From: an uncultured Gammaproteobacteria bacterium
GTDB lineage: Bacteria > Patescibacteriota > Patescibacteriia > Magasanikbacterales > GWA2-37-8
Length of the DNA stretch: 64,000 nt
Direction: 5' to 3'
Assembly (NCBI GenBank): GCA_964536725.1
Contig: CAZHYJ010000002.1
Span: forward strand, 27,219 to 91,218
The position numbers were made by a program, and so were the translations under genes. The first letter of the stretch is position 1, and every line of letters begins with the position of its first letter. Below the pieces are notes generated by a model that saw only the letters and a program-made list of their open reading frames with translations, was not told the origin of the DNA and searched no databases. This document shows, piece after piece, positions 1 through 9,417 of this stretch.

Positions 1-132
1 CCTTTGTCGTGCAGCTCTTTAATGAGCAGGTAGTCATCGTAGTCTTTGTCTGGTTTGTCACGATCTCTCAGCCAGCGGTAGTAACCACTGCGTGATACGC
101 AAGCGATGTTGCAGAGTAAACCAATGTCCATT
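1..132 (-). CDS. IS3-family transposase OrfB (integrase), N-terminal fragment continuing beyond the window.
   Basis: Reverse-strand translation gives MDIGLLCNIACVSRSGYYRWLRDRDKPDKDYDDYLL, the YYRW motif region of IS3 OrfB. Confidence 0.55.
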
Positions 133-317
133 ACTATCTTCCTAATTAATCGATATTTCTGTCCTGGCCTAAGTTTTACTCCGCTCGTTTGGCCCGGAGT
201 TTGGCTAAAAAATCGTTTTCGGCTTTAAGGTAGGCAACCTTTGCTTCTAGATATTTAATTTTGTTAGCATCGGTTAATTCTTCTACCTTACTTTCCCATC
301 TGTTCTTACCTCTAACC

Positions 318-587
318 TCATTTTGTAATCCCCCCAAGTCCTTTTATTCTAAATATTTTTCGCCAACGTTTTAAACAACCTTTAGCAACGTCTTTGCCAA
401 TTACATTTAAATCAAACCCTGCTTCTTTAAATATCCCCCTCGCCGTCTTGCCTTCTTCGTTGTATTGTTTAACGGCTCTAATCTTAAACTCCTTGTTGTA
501 GGTGATCGCCCTGTCACTACACTTATCCACATTGCAATTAACCAACAACACCTTGATTTGTTCCTCAGAAAATTTACTTTTGTTCAT
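318..587 (-). pseudogene. IS3-family transposase OrfA, frame broken at a G6/C6 homopolymer (about 322-330).
   Basis: The ORF-track product ends ...KGLGGITK*. Removing one G restores ...GLQNEVRGKNRWESKVEELTDANKIKYLEAKVAYLKAENDFLAKLRAKRAE, the canonical OrfA C-terminus. Confidence 0.6.
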
Positions 588-626
588 ATATGTTTAGTTA
601 GGTGATTATATTTTACCTGTAAATAC

Positions 627-657
627 AAAAAGTGGACACTATTCGTGTCCACTTTTT
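627..657. repeat. Perfect 13-bp inverted repeat, AAAAAGTGGACAC-tattc-GTGTCCACTTTTT, at the IS boundary.
   Basis: Read directly from the sequence. It is either the IS terminal structure or a terminator that the IS inserted next to. Confidence 0.5.
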
Positions 658-860
658 GGGGTACAGATCATAGGTGCGGGGATTGAGACTATTTCTTTTT
701 ACTTGCTTTTGGTTTTTTTACTTTTTTCTGTTGAGCGTTGTTTCCTTTTGCCATATAGGTTAAATATTAAAAATTAAGTTAGGAATATTATACCATAAAT
801 TTGTATTGTTGCATAATATTTTACGACAGGGTAAAATACAGGCAATATTAAAAAAATATT

Positions 861-1568
861 GTGATAAAAGAGTTCAAAAATGCGTTGTATAAATTTTCTA
901 ATCCTGCAAAAGCAAAACTTTTGCAGCGGTTTTTTAAAACCGGGAAAGGGGAATACGGAGAAGGGGATCGGTTCTTAGGGATAGTGGTTCCAGACATTCG
1001 TCGAACGATTAAAATCTTTTGGGACAAACTATCTTTAGTTGAGGTGGTTTCAATTTTGCGCTCTTCTTTTCACGAGGAGCGCTTAGCCGCCCTGCTTGTT
1101 TTGGTAGAAAAATATCGGCACGGATCAGACAAAGAAAAGGAAAAGATTTTTAAATTATATTTGAGAAATATTAAAAAATATATTAATAACTGGGACTTGG
1201 TTGATTTGACTGCCCCACATATTGTTGGTGATTTTCTTAAAAATAAAAACAGAAAAATTTTGTTTAGCTTGGCACAATCGAAAAATCTATGGGAAAGACG
1301 CGTGGCGATATTAGCTACTTTTAATTTTATTTATTTCGGAGAGTGTACAGAAACACTTAAAATTGCCAAAATCTTACTTACGGATAAACAGGATTTGATT
1401 CACAAAGCGGTTGGTTGGATGTTGCGAGAGGCGGGCAAGAGATGTTCCGAAGAAGCGTTGGAAGACTTTTTACAAAAAGAGGTTTGTAATATGCCGCGCA
1501 CTATGTTGCGCTATGCAATCGAACGTTTACCTGATAAAAGGCGGCTATTTTGGCTAAAATATAAGTAA
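861..1568 (+). CDS. DNA alkylation repair protein (AlkD/AlkC-like HEAT-repeat glycosylase family), GTG start.
   Basis: LLQRFFKTGKGEYGEGDRFLGIVVPDIRRT and WDLVDL motifs typical of Pfam DNA_alkylation family proteins. Confidence 0.6.
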   Translation: MIKEFKNALYKFSNPAKAKLLQRFFKTGKGEYGEGDRFLGIVVPDIRRTIKIFWDKLSLVEVVSILRSSFHEERLAALLVLVEKYRHGSDKEKEKIFKLYLRNIKKYINNWDLVDLTAPHIVGDFLKNKNRKILFSLAQSKNLWERRVAILATFNFIYFGECTETLKIAKILLTDKQDLIHKAVGWMLREAGKRCSEEALEDFLQKEVCNMPRTMLRYAIERLPDKRRLFWLKYK

Positions 1569-1580
1569 AAAAAGGTTTTT

Positions 1581-2321
1581 TTGTGGACAAAATATCGTTT
1601 TTGTGCTATACTTATCCCTGTAACTATGTTATCAGCATTTTGGTTTTACTTCCTCTATCAACCGCTATTCAACGCTCTAATCTGGATATATAGCAACATC
1701 GCCGACCTTAACTTGGGTTGGGCGGTTGTTTGGTTGACTATTTTTTTGCGCATTATTCTTTTACCTCTATCTATTATTTCTGAGCGTAATGTCGGTCGTG
1801 AAGAAGAAGCTGAGGCTGAAGCGGAAAAAGCTGTAGCTGCTTTAAAGTCTGATTCGGTGGCACAAAAAGAGGCTGTGCGTCAGATCATGAAAAAGCACAA
1901 AATATCTCCATGGGCAAAGGTGCTCACATTGGGTATTCAATTGTTAGTTTTGGTTTTGCTTTACCAAGTGTTTGTGCGTGGTATTACTGGTGAAAAAATG
2001 GCCAAGATTTTGTATCCGATGATTGATTTTCCTGGTAAGATTAACACTCTTTTTTACGGTTTTGAGATTGGTGCTGTGCATGATGTTTTCTGGGCGGGGG
2101 TTTGTGCGGCTTATTTATTCATTACAATTATTGTTGAGAATCGCAATCGCAAACATTGGCAACCGGGTCAAGCGGTGTTTCTTTTTATCTTTCCGATTTT
2201 TACTTTTGCGTTGCTTTGGGTGTTGCCGATGGTTAAGTCCCTCTTTATTTTGACTTCAATGGTGTTCTCTAGTATAATAGACTTATTCCGTTGGATATTT
2301 TTCTCATCTAAACCAAAATAA
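1581..2321 (+). CDS. yidC: Membrane protein insertase YidC/Oxa1, short form.
   Basis: Multi-TM protein with the LTIFLRIILLPLS motif matching the conserved YidC TM2 region. Confidence 0.65.
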   Translation: MWTKYRFCAILIPVTMLSAFWFYFLYQPLFNALIWIYSNIADLNLGWAVVWLTIFLRIILLPLSIISERNVGREEEAEAEAEKAVAALKSDSVAQKEAVRQIMKKHKISPWAKVLTLGIQLLVLVLLYQVFVRGITGEKMAKILYPMIDFPGKINTLFYGFEIGAVHDVFWAGVCAAYLFITIIVENRNRKHWQPGQAVFLFIFPIFTFALLWVLPMVKSLFILTSMVFSSIIDLFRWIFFSSKPK

Positions 2322-2322
2322 T

Positions 2323-2895
2323 ATGGCCGGAGATTCATTAGATAAATTGATGTATTCGTTTGTTGTGGAGGATGTTTTAAAAGGCTTTTTTATTTACGTT
2401 CCACCGGGGTATGTGGCTTGTGTGTATGATTTGGGTCGGGGAGTATTAAAAAAAGTTTTGACTCCGGGATTACATTTAAAAATTCCGTTTTGGCAGAAGG
2501 CTAAATTGTTTAATGTTCAGACTTTGGAATATAGTATCAATCGCCAGTTTCAGGTGGAGAACGAAAAAGCATTGGGTGATATTCCGATTGCCGCCGTTAC
2601 TCAGGATGGTAAGCGTGTGGGCACTGAAGGTACAATTTTGCTCCGTTTAGACGTGCACCAGATTCCAAGTATTTGGCAGACAATTGGTGAGGATTTTGTT
2701 GCCAAGATTGTTCGTCCTACTATTCGTAGTCGGGTGCGCATGGTTTTTTCTCGTTTTGATTATCAAGATATTATCGGTCCAAAACGTGATGCCGTGGAGA
2801 TGGAGTTGAAGAACGAGCTAGAAAGAATCTTCTATTCGCGCGGGATCTACGTGGAAAACATCTTGCTCTCAGAAATTGGCACGATTAACTCCTAA
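2323..2895 (+). CDS. SPFH/band-7 (prohibitin/HflC-like) domain protein, short.
   Basis: VPPGYVACVYDLGRGVL...PGLHLKIPF pattern of SPFH-domain proteins. Confidence 0.5.
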   Translation: MAGDSLDKLMYSFVVEDVLKGFFIYVPPGYVACVYDLGRGVLKKVLTPGLHLKIPFWQKAKLFNVQTLEYSINRQFQVENEKALGDIPIAAVTQDGKRVGTEGTILLRLDVHQIPSIWQTIGEDFVAKIVRPTIRSRVRMVFSRFDYQDIIGPKRDAVEMELKNELERIFYSRGIYVENILLSEIGTINS

Positions 2896-2906
2896 ATTAT
2901 TTCAAC

Positions 2907-2935
2907 TCGGACTCCCCTTAATTGGGGAGTTTTTT
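2907..2935 (+). terminator. Intrinsic terminator, GGACTCCCC-ttaa-TTGGGGAGTTTTTT.
   Basis: Hairpin followed by a T-run. Confidence 0.6.
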
Positions 2936-3006
2936 GCTTGTGTATACCGAAGGCATGCTTCGCAAAGCCATAGCCCAAAGGGCGACGGCTTGTGGATAAC
3001 TTTACC

Positions 3007-3036
3007 CTTGACCTAGGCAAAAACAGGGTGTATATT
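3007..3036 (+). promoter_or_regulatory. Sigma-70-type promoter of the hrcA operon (TTGACC-18-TATATT).
   Basis: -35 and -10 hexamers read from the sequence immediately upstream of the CIRCE element. Confidence 0.5.
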
Positions 3037-3061
3037 ATCACTCGTAAGTTTAGAGTGATAA
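3035..3061 (+). promoter_or_regulatory. CIRCE-like HrcA operator, TTATCACTC-N9-GAGTGATAA.
   Basis: Perfect 9-N9-9 inverted repeat overlapping the -10 and ending 2 nt before the hrcA ATG. It differs from consensus TTAGCACTC-N9-GAGTGCTAA by a single compensated G to T change. Confidence 0.75.
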
Positions 3062-3062
3062 T

Positions 3063-3737
3063 ATGGATAAACGCCAAGAAACCTTAATGAAACTAGCTGT
3101 AGAAAGCTATATCAACACTGCCGAACCGGTGGGGTCAAGGTTTTTGTTGGCTGAATCTGAGCTAGACTGTGGTGAAGCCACGGTTCGTAACGAGCTTAGG
3201 GCTTTGGAAGAAGAAGGGTATTTAACTCATCCACATACCTCGGCTGGTAGAATTCCGACTGAGAAAGGCTATCGTTTCTATCTATCACAGATCAATTTCG
3301 ATAAGGTAAATATTTCTAAAAAAGACGCAGAGTTTTTTCAAAACTTGGTTGGTGCTCTGTCTGGCGAAGACAAGGCCAAAGCGATTGCTAAAGGTTTAGC
3401 TGAATCAGCCAACGCAGCTGTGTTGGTAGCTTTTGGTCTTGATAGGTTTTATTACACTGGATTATCTAACCTTTTCAGTCAGCCAGAATTTAAAGAATTA
3501 GATTTGGTAATGGACGTATCAGCGATGTTTGATCGTTGTGAAGAATGTTTACATGATTTTTGTGACAAAGTGAATGATGCTCCGGGATTTTATCTAGGCA
3601 GTGATCATCCCTTTGGTACGGCACTGAGTGTAGTTTCGTATCGTTTAAACGATGGTTTAATCGCTCTAATGGGGCCGATGCGGATGGATTACAAAAGAAA
3701 TTTTAGTTTAATGAATAAAATTAAAGAATTAATATGA
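3063..3737 (+). CDS. hrcA: Heat-inducible transcription repressor HrcA, short 224-aa form.
   Basis: N-terminal wHTH LMKLAVESYINTAEPVGSRFL...TVRNELRALEEEGYL. Heads a grpE-dnaK-dnaJ operon behind a CIRCE element. Confidence 0.8.
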   Translation: MDKRQETLMKLAVESYINTAEPVGSRFLLAESELDCGEATVRNELRALEEEGYLTHPHTSAGRIPTEKGYRFYLSQINFDKVNISKKDAEFFQNLVGALSGEDKAKAIAKGLAESANAAVLVAFGLDRFYYTGLSNLFSQPEFKELDLVMDVSAMFDRCEECLHDFCDKVNDAPGFYLGSDHPFGTALSVVSYRLNDGLIALMGPMRMDYKRNFSLMNKIKELI

Positions 3738-4297
3738 GTGACAACCAAAAACCATTAGACGAAGAAAATACTGATGCTGAATCGGCTGAAACAGTCGAAC
3801 CAGTGGAAGAAGTCAAGGATGAGCCCGAAGAGAAAAAGAAAAGTTTTTTCTCGCGTGATTGCAAAAAATGCGAAGAGACAAAAAAAGAATGTGAAGAATA
3901 CAAAACCGGTTGGCAAAGAGCGTTGGCCGATTACAAAAATTTACAAAAAGAAATCTCTGCTCGTCGCAGTGAGTGGATACAGATGAGTGAACAGCAAATT
4001 TTGGAAGAGTTTATTCCGGTTTATGACCATTTAAAAATGTCGGTAATGGGCGTGGTAGAAACAAGTCCGTGGGTAGAAGGAGTAAAACATGTGTTGCGAC
4101 AATTTACGGAAATATTAAAAAGCCACGGAGTAGAAGAGGTAAAAACTGTGGGAGAAAAGTTTGATCCAACAAAACATGAGGCGGTGAGCGAAGAAGAAGG
4201 CGAAGGAGAGACAGGGACAATTATCAAAGAAATATCGAGTGGGTATATTATGGGTGGTCGGACAATTAAGGCGGCGAAGGTAGTGGTGAATAAATAA
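3734..4297 (+). CDS. grpE: Nucleotide exchange factor GrpE.
   Basis: Acidic N-terminus, coiled coil, and a C-terminal ...FDPTKHEAV...IKEISSGYIMGGRTIKAAKVVV beta-domain. Overlaps the hrcA stop. Confidence 0.85.
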   Translation: MSDNQKPLDEENTDAESAETVEPVEEVKDEPEEKKKSFFSRDCKKCEETKKECEEYKTGWQRALADYKNLQKEISARRSEWIQMSEQQILEEFIPVYDHLKMSVMGVVETSPWVEGVKHVLRQFTEILKSHGVEEVKTVGEKFDPTKHEAVSEEEGEGETGTIIKEISSGYIMGGRTIKAAKVVVNK

Positions 4298-4350
4298 AAT
4301 TTTAATTTACTTAGGTATTGCACGATGCCTGAGTAATAAAGGAGAAGTTT

Positions 4351-4800
4351 ATGTCTATCGTTCGTTGGGCCCCCATGTGGGATCCATTTGAAGAGATGGA
4401 ATCGGCCATGGGCCAATTCCCAGCAATGGCTAATTTAAGCCAGATGCAAAAGGCATTTACTCCAGCTATGGATATCTATCAAACCGACAAAGCGGTGATG
4501 GTAGAGACTCCGCTCGCTGGTGTTCGTCCAGAAGATGTTGAAGTCACCGTTGAAAAAGGTGTCTTGACAGTGAAGGGCGAAAGTAAAAAAGAACACGAAG
4601 TGGACGAAAAGGACTATTATCGCAAAGAAGTCCGCTCTGGTTCTTTCTTTCGTCAGGTTGCTTTGCCTACACCCGTAGTTGAGGGCGAAGTTTCTGCTGA
4701 GTTTACCGATGGGATATTAAAAATTACCTGTCCTAAAGCCCAGCCAACCATCGCGAAGAAAATTGCGGTGAAGGTGACAAAAAAAGAGGAGAAGAAATAG
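4351..4800 (+). CDS. Hsp20/alpha-crystallin small heat-shock protein.
   Basis: PAMDIYQTDKAVMVETPLAGVRPEDVEVTVEKGVLTVKGE...GILKITCPK. SD sequence AAAGGAGAAG upstream. Confidence 0.85.
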   Translation: MSIVRWAPMWDPFEEMESAMGQFPAMANLSQMQKAFTPAMDIYQTDKAVMVETPLAGVRPEDVEVTVEKGVLTVKGESKKEHEVDEKDYYRKEVRSGSFFRQVALPTPVVEGEVSAEFTDGILKITCPKAQPTIAKKIAVKVTKKEEKK

Positions 4801-4803
4801 TTT

Positions 4804-4849
4804 GTCTTTTTACCGAGTTCCGATTTAGTCGGGATTCGGATAAAAAGAC
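4804..4849 (+). terminator. Composite hairpin (GTCTTTTTA...CCGAGTTCCGA-tttag-TCGGGATTCGG...TAAAAAGAC) between hsp20 and dnaK.
   Basis: Nested inverted repeats. It is one of three copies of the CCGA-TTWAG-TCGG terminator motif in the window. Confidence 0.5.
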
Positions 4850-4885
4850 AATAAAATATTTAATAATTTATATAAAATAATATAT

Positions 4886-6796
4886 ATGTCAAAAGTACTT
4901 GGAATCGATTTGGGAACAACTAACTCTTGTGTGGCGGTCATCGAAGGTGGCCAGCCAAAGGTGTTAGAAAACAAAGAGGGGGCACGCACCACGCCGTCCA
5001 TTGTGGCTGTGTCAAAATCCGGCGAACGTTTGGTGGGTCAACTGGCTAAACGTCAGGCGGTAACTAATCCGGAAAATACTTTGTATTCTATCAAGCGTCT
5101 TATCGGTCGCAGATTTGGCGATGCGGAAGTACAACGTGATTTGAAGTTGATGCCCTACAAAATTACCCAATCGGGTGATGCTGTAACAGTAGCGTTACAG
5201 GGCAAAGCACATTCTCCACAAGAAATTTCCGCAATGATCTTACAGAAATTAAAAGCGGATGCGGAAGAACGTTTAGGCGAAAAAATTACTGAGGCGGTTA
5301 TCACCGTACCAGCATATTTTGATGACTCACAACGTCAGGCTACTAAAGATGCCGGTGAAATTGCTGGTTTGAAAGTTTTGCGTATTATCAACGAACCAAC
5401 TGCTGCCGCTTTGGCCTATGGTTTTGATAAAAAAATTGAACAAAAAATTGCTGTCTATGACTTGGGTGGTGGTACCTTTGATATTTCCATTTTGGAAGTA
5501 GCCCCAGATAATGTACAGGTATTGTCTACCAATGGTGATACTCATTTGGGTGGTGATGATTTTGATCAGAAAATTATTCATTGGATTTTGGATGAATTCA
5601 AACGTGATCAGGGGATTGATTTAAGTAAAGATCCGTTGGCCCTACAACGTATTAAAGAAGCCGCTGAGAAAGCCAAGATCGAACTATCTACTTCTCAAGA
5701 AACAGAAATCAATCAGCCGTTTATCACTTCTGGTGCCGATGGACCAAAACATTTGGTAATAAAAATGACTCGTGCGAAAATGGAAGAACTGGTGGGTGAG
5801 TTGGTGGAAGCTACTTTTGTCCCAGTGCGCAAAGCGATGGAGGACGCTGGGTTGAAAACAGCTGATTTACACGAGGTAGTAATGGTTGGTGGTATGACTC
5901 GTATGCCATTGGTATTAAAGAAAGTAGAAGAATTTTTTGGCAAAAAGCCTAACATTAGTGTTAACCCAGATGAGGTTGTGGCCGTTGGCGTTGCTATTCA
6001 AGGTGGTGTGTTACACGGCGATGTTAAAGATGTATTGTTGTTGGATGTTACCCCACTTTCTCTTGGTATTGAAACCATGGGTAGTGTGATGACTAAATTA
6101 ATTGAGCGCAATACTACTATTCCAACTGCAAAGTCGCAAGTGTTTTCTACCGCCGCTGACAGTCAGCCTAGTGTAGAGATTCACGTGTTACAAGGTGAAC
6201 GTCCGATGGCGACCGACAACAAAACTCTTGGTCGGTTTATCTTGGATGGAATTCCACCTGCTCCCCGCGGTGTGCCACAGATTGAAGTAACTTTTGATAT
6301 TGACGCTAATGGTATCTTGAGTGTAAAAGCAAAAGACAAGGCTACCAGCAAAGAGCAATCGATTCGTATCGAGGCTTCCTCTGGTTTGTCGAAAGAAGAT
6401 ATTGAAAAGATGAAAAAAGATGCAGAGGCACATGCCACTGAGGATAAACAAAAACAAGAGTTGATTGAAGCACGCAATTTGGCGGATACCATGGTCTATA
6501 CCACTGAAAAGATGATGAAGGATGTTGAGGAAAAGAAAATTGATGTGACTGAAGAAGAAAAAAACAAGGTGAATGAAGCTCTTAAGGTTGTTAAGGAGGT
6601 AAAAGACAAAGACGATGTGGAAGCAATCAAAAAAGCGGGCGAGGAATTGTCTAAAGTCGCTCAAGCTGTCGGTATGAAGATGTACCAACAAGAGCAGGCG
6701 AGTAAGACTGAAAAGCCAGCCGACCAACCACCAACCGATCAGGGCGGAAACACCCCTCCAGAGCAAGGACCGATTGAGGGTGAAGTGGTGAAATAA
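4886..6796 (+). CDS. dnaK: Molecular chaperone DnaK (Hsp70).
   Basis: [13 protein letters not shown] and DLGGGTFD motifs, full length. Confidence 0.97.
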   Translation: MSKVLGIDLGTTNSCVAVIEGGQPKVLENKEGARTTPSIVAVSKSGERLVGQLAKRQAVTNPENTLYSIKRLIGRRFGDAEVQRDLKLMPYKITQSGDAVTVALQGKAHSPQEISAMILQKLKADAEERLGEKITEAVITVPAYFDDSQRQATKDAGEIAGLKVLRIINEPTAAALAYGFDKKIEQKIAVYDLGGGTFDISILEVAPDNVQVLSTNGDTHLGGDDFDQKIIHWILDEFKRDQGIDLSKDPLALQRIKEAAEKAKIELSTSQETEINQPFITSGADGPKHLVIKMTRAKMEELVGELVEATFVPVRKAMEDAGLKTADLHEVVMVGGMTRMPLVLKKVEEFFGKKPNISVNPDEVVAVGVAIQGGVLHGDVKDVLLLDVTPLSLGIETMGSVMTKLIERNTTIPTAKSQVFSTAADSQPSVEIHVLQGERPMATDNKTLGRFILDGIPPAPRGVPQIEVTFDIDANGILSVKAKDKATSKEQSIRIEASSGLSKEDIEKMKKDAEAHATEDKQKQELIEARNLADTMVYTTEKMMKDVEEKKIDVTEEEKNKVNEALKVVKEVKDKDDVEAIKKAGEELSKVAQAVGMKMYQQEQASKTEKPADQPPTDQGGNTPPEQGPIEGEVVK

Positions 6797-6841
6797 AAAA
6801 CAAATTGTGATAGAATGTAAGGGCCCCGTTTTGGGGCTCTT

Positions 6842-7108
6842 GTGAATAATTATATGAATCCAGAATCTGCGCGTGGAAATAATTTGGGATCCGCATCAGA
6901 TATTGAACTTGCCGCTTATTGGGCAGGGGAGTTGGAGCATCCTTGTGCTGACCCAAGCAATCCAGGGTGCACTATGCGTCTTGATTGGTTGCGTGAGGCG
7001 AAGGCGGTTTTAGCTGACATGGAGGCTAAGCCAGTTAGCGAACAAAATCCTTTTGCAGTTAAATTGTTGCAAGATGCTATTTCTAAATACGACCAATCAG
7101 AAAAGTAA
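6842..7108 (+). CDS. Hypothetical small protein (88 aa) inserted between dnaK and dnaJ.
   Basis: ORF with slightly elevated GC and a Cys-containing HPCADPSNPGC segment. No SD sequence. An imperfect hairpin (AAGGGCCCC-gtttt-GGGGCTCTT) precedes it. Confidence 0.35.
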   Translation: MNNYMNPESARGNNLGSASDIELAAYWAGELEHPCADPSNPGCTMRLDWLREAKAVLADMEAKPVSEQNPFAVKLLQDAISKYDQSEK

Positions 7109-7110
7109 CT

Positions 7111-8223
7111 ATGTCCAAAGATTATTACAAAATATTAGGTCTAGAAAAAAACGCTTCAGCAGATGAGGTTAAAAAAGCTTTTAAAAAGATGGCGATGGAA
7201 CATCATCCTGATCGACCGGGTGGAGATGAAAAGAAGTTTAAAGAGATCAACGAAGCTTTTCAAGTCCTAAGCAATCAAGAGAAGCGTCAAAAATATGACC
7301 AGTTCGGCTCTGACTTTGAACAGCAGGGTGGTTTTGGTGGTGGTGCGAATTGGGAAGATTTTATGCGCGCGGCTCGTGGCCAAGGTGGTCAGGGTGGATA
7401 TGGTGGTGCCAATTTTGATTTTGGCGGAGTTGATCTCGGTGATATCTTTGGTGATCTTTTTGGTGGTGGCGGACGCGGTCGTGGCCAACGTCAACAGGCA
7501 CGTGGTCGCGACATTCAGGTTGATGTAGAGATGGATCTCAAAGAGGCAGTATATGGAGTGGAGCGTGAAATATCTTTACGTAAACAGTCAACCTGTGATG
7601 TCTGCAACGGCTCTGGCGGCGAGCCAGGCAGTAAAATGGACACTTGCGCCACTTGTCAGGGGCAAGGCCAGGTGGTGCAACACCAGCGGACGTTTTTGGG
7701 TACTATGCAAACAGTGGTTGCCTGTCCAGATTGCCAAGGGCGAGGACAAAAGACAAGTAAAAAATGTAAACACTGCGGTGGCGATGGAATCTTGTCCAAA
7801 CAAACAACAGTTAAAGTAAAAATACCAGCTGGTATTGATAACGGCGAATCAATTCGCTTAACGGGTTATGGTGAAGCTGCGCCACATGGTGGGGTTAGTG
7901 GCGACCTGTATGTTCGGGCTCATGTTCGTTCGCACAAAGGGCTGCAACGTGAGGGTTTCGATATTTATTCAGAAAAAGAAATCAGTTTTGTACAAGCAGT
8001 ATTGGGAGATAAAGTGGAAGTAGAAACTGTTGATGGGGTAGTAAATTTAATGATTCCAGAAGGTGTCGAATCTGGTCAGTTGATTAAAATTAAAGGTAAG
8101 GGTGTGACGCATTTGGGTCGTAGCACTCGTGGTGACCAACTGGTAAAAGTAAAAATTCGCGTACCAAGAAAACTGAGTCGCGATGCCAAGAAGAAACTGG
8201 AAGATCTGAGAGGGGAGTTGTAG
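7111..8223 (+). CDS. dnaJ: Chaperone DnaJ.
   Basis: J-domain with HPD, G/F-rich region, and four CxxCxGxG zinc-finger repeats. Confidence 0.95.
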   Translation: MSKDYYKILGLEKNASADEVKKAFKKMAMEHHPDRPGGDEKKFKEINEAFQVLSNQEKRQKYDQFGSDFEQQGGFGGGANWEDFMRAARGQGGQGGYGGANFDFGGVDLGDIFGDLFGGGGRGRGQRQQARGRDIQVDVEMDLKEAVYGVEREISLRKQSTCDVCNGSGGEPGSKMDTCATCQGQGQVVQHQRTFLGTMQTVVACPDCQGRGQKTSKKCKHCGGDGILSKQTTVKVKIPAGIDNGESIRLTGYGEAAPHGGVSGDLYVRAHVRSHKGLQREGFDIYSEKEISFVQAVLGDKVEVETVDGVVNLMIPEGVESGQLIKIKGKGVTHLGRSTRGDQLVKVKIRVPRKLSRDAKKKLEDLRGEL

Positions 8224-8226
8224 TTT

Positions 8227-8262
8227 TAGAGACATTTAAAAGTATACCTGAAATATGGTATA
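8227..8262 (+). terminator. Terminator hairpin, AAAAGTATACC-tgaaatat-GGTATACTTTT.
   Basis: 11-bp perfect stem followed by Ts, after dnaJ. Confidence 0.55.
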
Positions 8263-8270
8263 CTTTTGTT

Positions 8271-8771
8271 ATGCCTTCCAAAAGAGAGTTTGAAAAGTTT
8301 TATTTGGCCAATTTTGATAAAATTTATCGTTTTGTTATTTTTCGTGTTGGACACAACAAAGAATTAGCCGAGGATTTGGTCTCGGAGATATTTATGAAAG
8401 CGCTCGGTGGTTTTGATAGTTACGACCCTAAAATTAGTGCCAGCGCTTGGGTTTTTACAATTGCTAAGAATCATTTGGCCAACTATTGGCGCGATTTAAA
8501 ACCGATGAATCAGTTGCCGGATGAGGAAGAGGGAATAGGATTGGACAAAAAATGGCTAGATTTAGCCAAAAAAGAAGCAGAGAAATCACAGGAAATATTG
8601 GAAATATATGATCTTTTGGAGAAATTATCGCCGGAAGAACAAGAAATTGTAACTTTTCACTACCTTTTTGGGTATAGTTATTTAGAGGTTGCCAAAATGC
8701 GTGGTATGACTGAGGGGGCGGTTAAGGTAGCAGCTCATCGTGCTGTTGATAAACTAAGGAAAAACATATGA
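8271..8771 (+). CDS. ECF-type RNA polymerase sigma-70 family factor.
   Basis: Region 2 (FVIFRVGHNKELAEDLVSEIFMKAL) and region 4 HTH (YSYLEVAKMRGMTEGAVKVAAHRAVDKLRK). Confidence 0.8.
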   Translation: MPSKREFEKFYLANFDKIYRFVIFRVGHNKELAEDLVSEIFMKALGGFDSYDPKISASAWVFTIAKNHLANYWRDLKPMNQLPDEEEGIGLDKKWLDLAKKEAEKSQEILEIYDLLEKLSPEEQEIVTFHYLFGYSYLEVAKMRGMTEGAVKVAAHRAVDKLRKNI

Positions 8772-9403
8772 TTTTAAAGGTCTGGTACAATTTATTATCA
8801 AAGAGAAAAGAATTAAGTGCTGATTCTAAATTCAAAAAAGAGCTGTGGTGCGATTTATCCAGTCGTTGGCAACAGGTCTATCACACCGATTTAAATTGGT
8901 ACCAAACTTTTTCTTTTCGAATGGCTGTGTCTGGTTTAATTGTAATTATCGTGTTGGGAGGTTTTGGCACTGGCGCTTATGCCTATACAAGTTCAGAAGT
9001 TACCTCCGATAATATTCTTTATCCGGTAAAGAAAAGTTTAGAAAATATTGAGGGTTTAACAAAAATAACTCCGCAAGCAAAAGCAAAATTTTATCTAAAG
9101 ACTATTGAAAAGCGAGAAAAGGAAAAGAAGATTTTAGAGAAAAGAAAACAAGCTGTTGTACAAATAGTTATTGAAAACACCGAAAAACAAATTGAACAAA
9201 TAGAGGAGAAGTTGATAAAAATAAATAAAGATATATCAAAGGACGACAAGGTTAAAACAAAAGTAGAAAAACAAATCGAAAAAAGACAAGAACGTTTACA
9301 AGAAAAAATAAAAAAAATAGAGGAGAGAGAAAAAAACAAAGGTCGAAATAACGTTTTTGACCAATCATCTGAAGAAAAAAAGTCAGATGAAAAGAGAGAT
9401 TAA
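8768..9403 (+). CDS. Putative anti-sigma factor: membrane-anchored, with a K/E-rich coiled-coil tail.
   Basis: ATGA start/stop overlap with the sigma gene, a single TM (VSGLIVIIVLGGFGTGAYAY), and a charged repetitive C-terminus. Confidence 0.45.
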   Translation: MILKVWYNLLSKRKELSADSKFKKELWCDLSSRWQQVYHTDLNWYQTFSFRMAVSGLIVIIVLGGFGTGAYAYTSSEVTSDNILYPVKKSLENIEGLTKITPQAKAKFYLKTIEKREKEKKILEKRKQAVVQIVIENTEKQIEQIEEKLIKINKDISKDDKVKTKVEKQIEKRQERLQEKIKKIEEREKNKGRNNVFDQSSEEKKSDEKRD

Positions 9404-9417
9404 TTAACTCTAAATAT

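Larger units (their letters stand above)
1..660 (-). mobile_element. IS3-family insertion sequence, partial. It runs off the left edge; the left end and a terminal palindrome lie around 600-660.
   Basis: OrfA (HTH and leucine zipper ending ...KYLEAKVAYLKAENDFLAKLRAKRAE) is followed by the OrfB N-terminus MDIGLLCNIACVSRSGYYRWL on the minus strand, which is the typical IS3 OrfA/OrfB arrangement. Confidence 0.7.

Noticed and set aside
2023-2253. Internal or alternative-frame ORFs listed in the six-frame track inside well-supported genes (for example 2023-2253 in yidC, 5327-5581 and 6188-6766 in dnaK, 7267-7528 in dnaJ, 16006-16421 in pyrG).
   Set aside because: They overlap conserved housekeeping genes in other frames, have no start context and are low-complexity. 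They are spurious.
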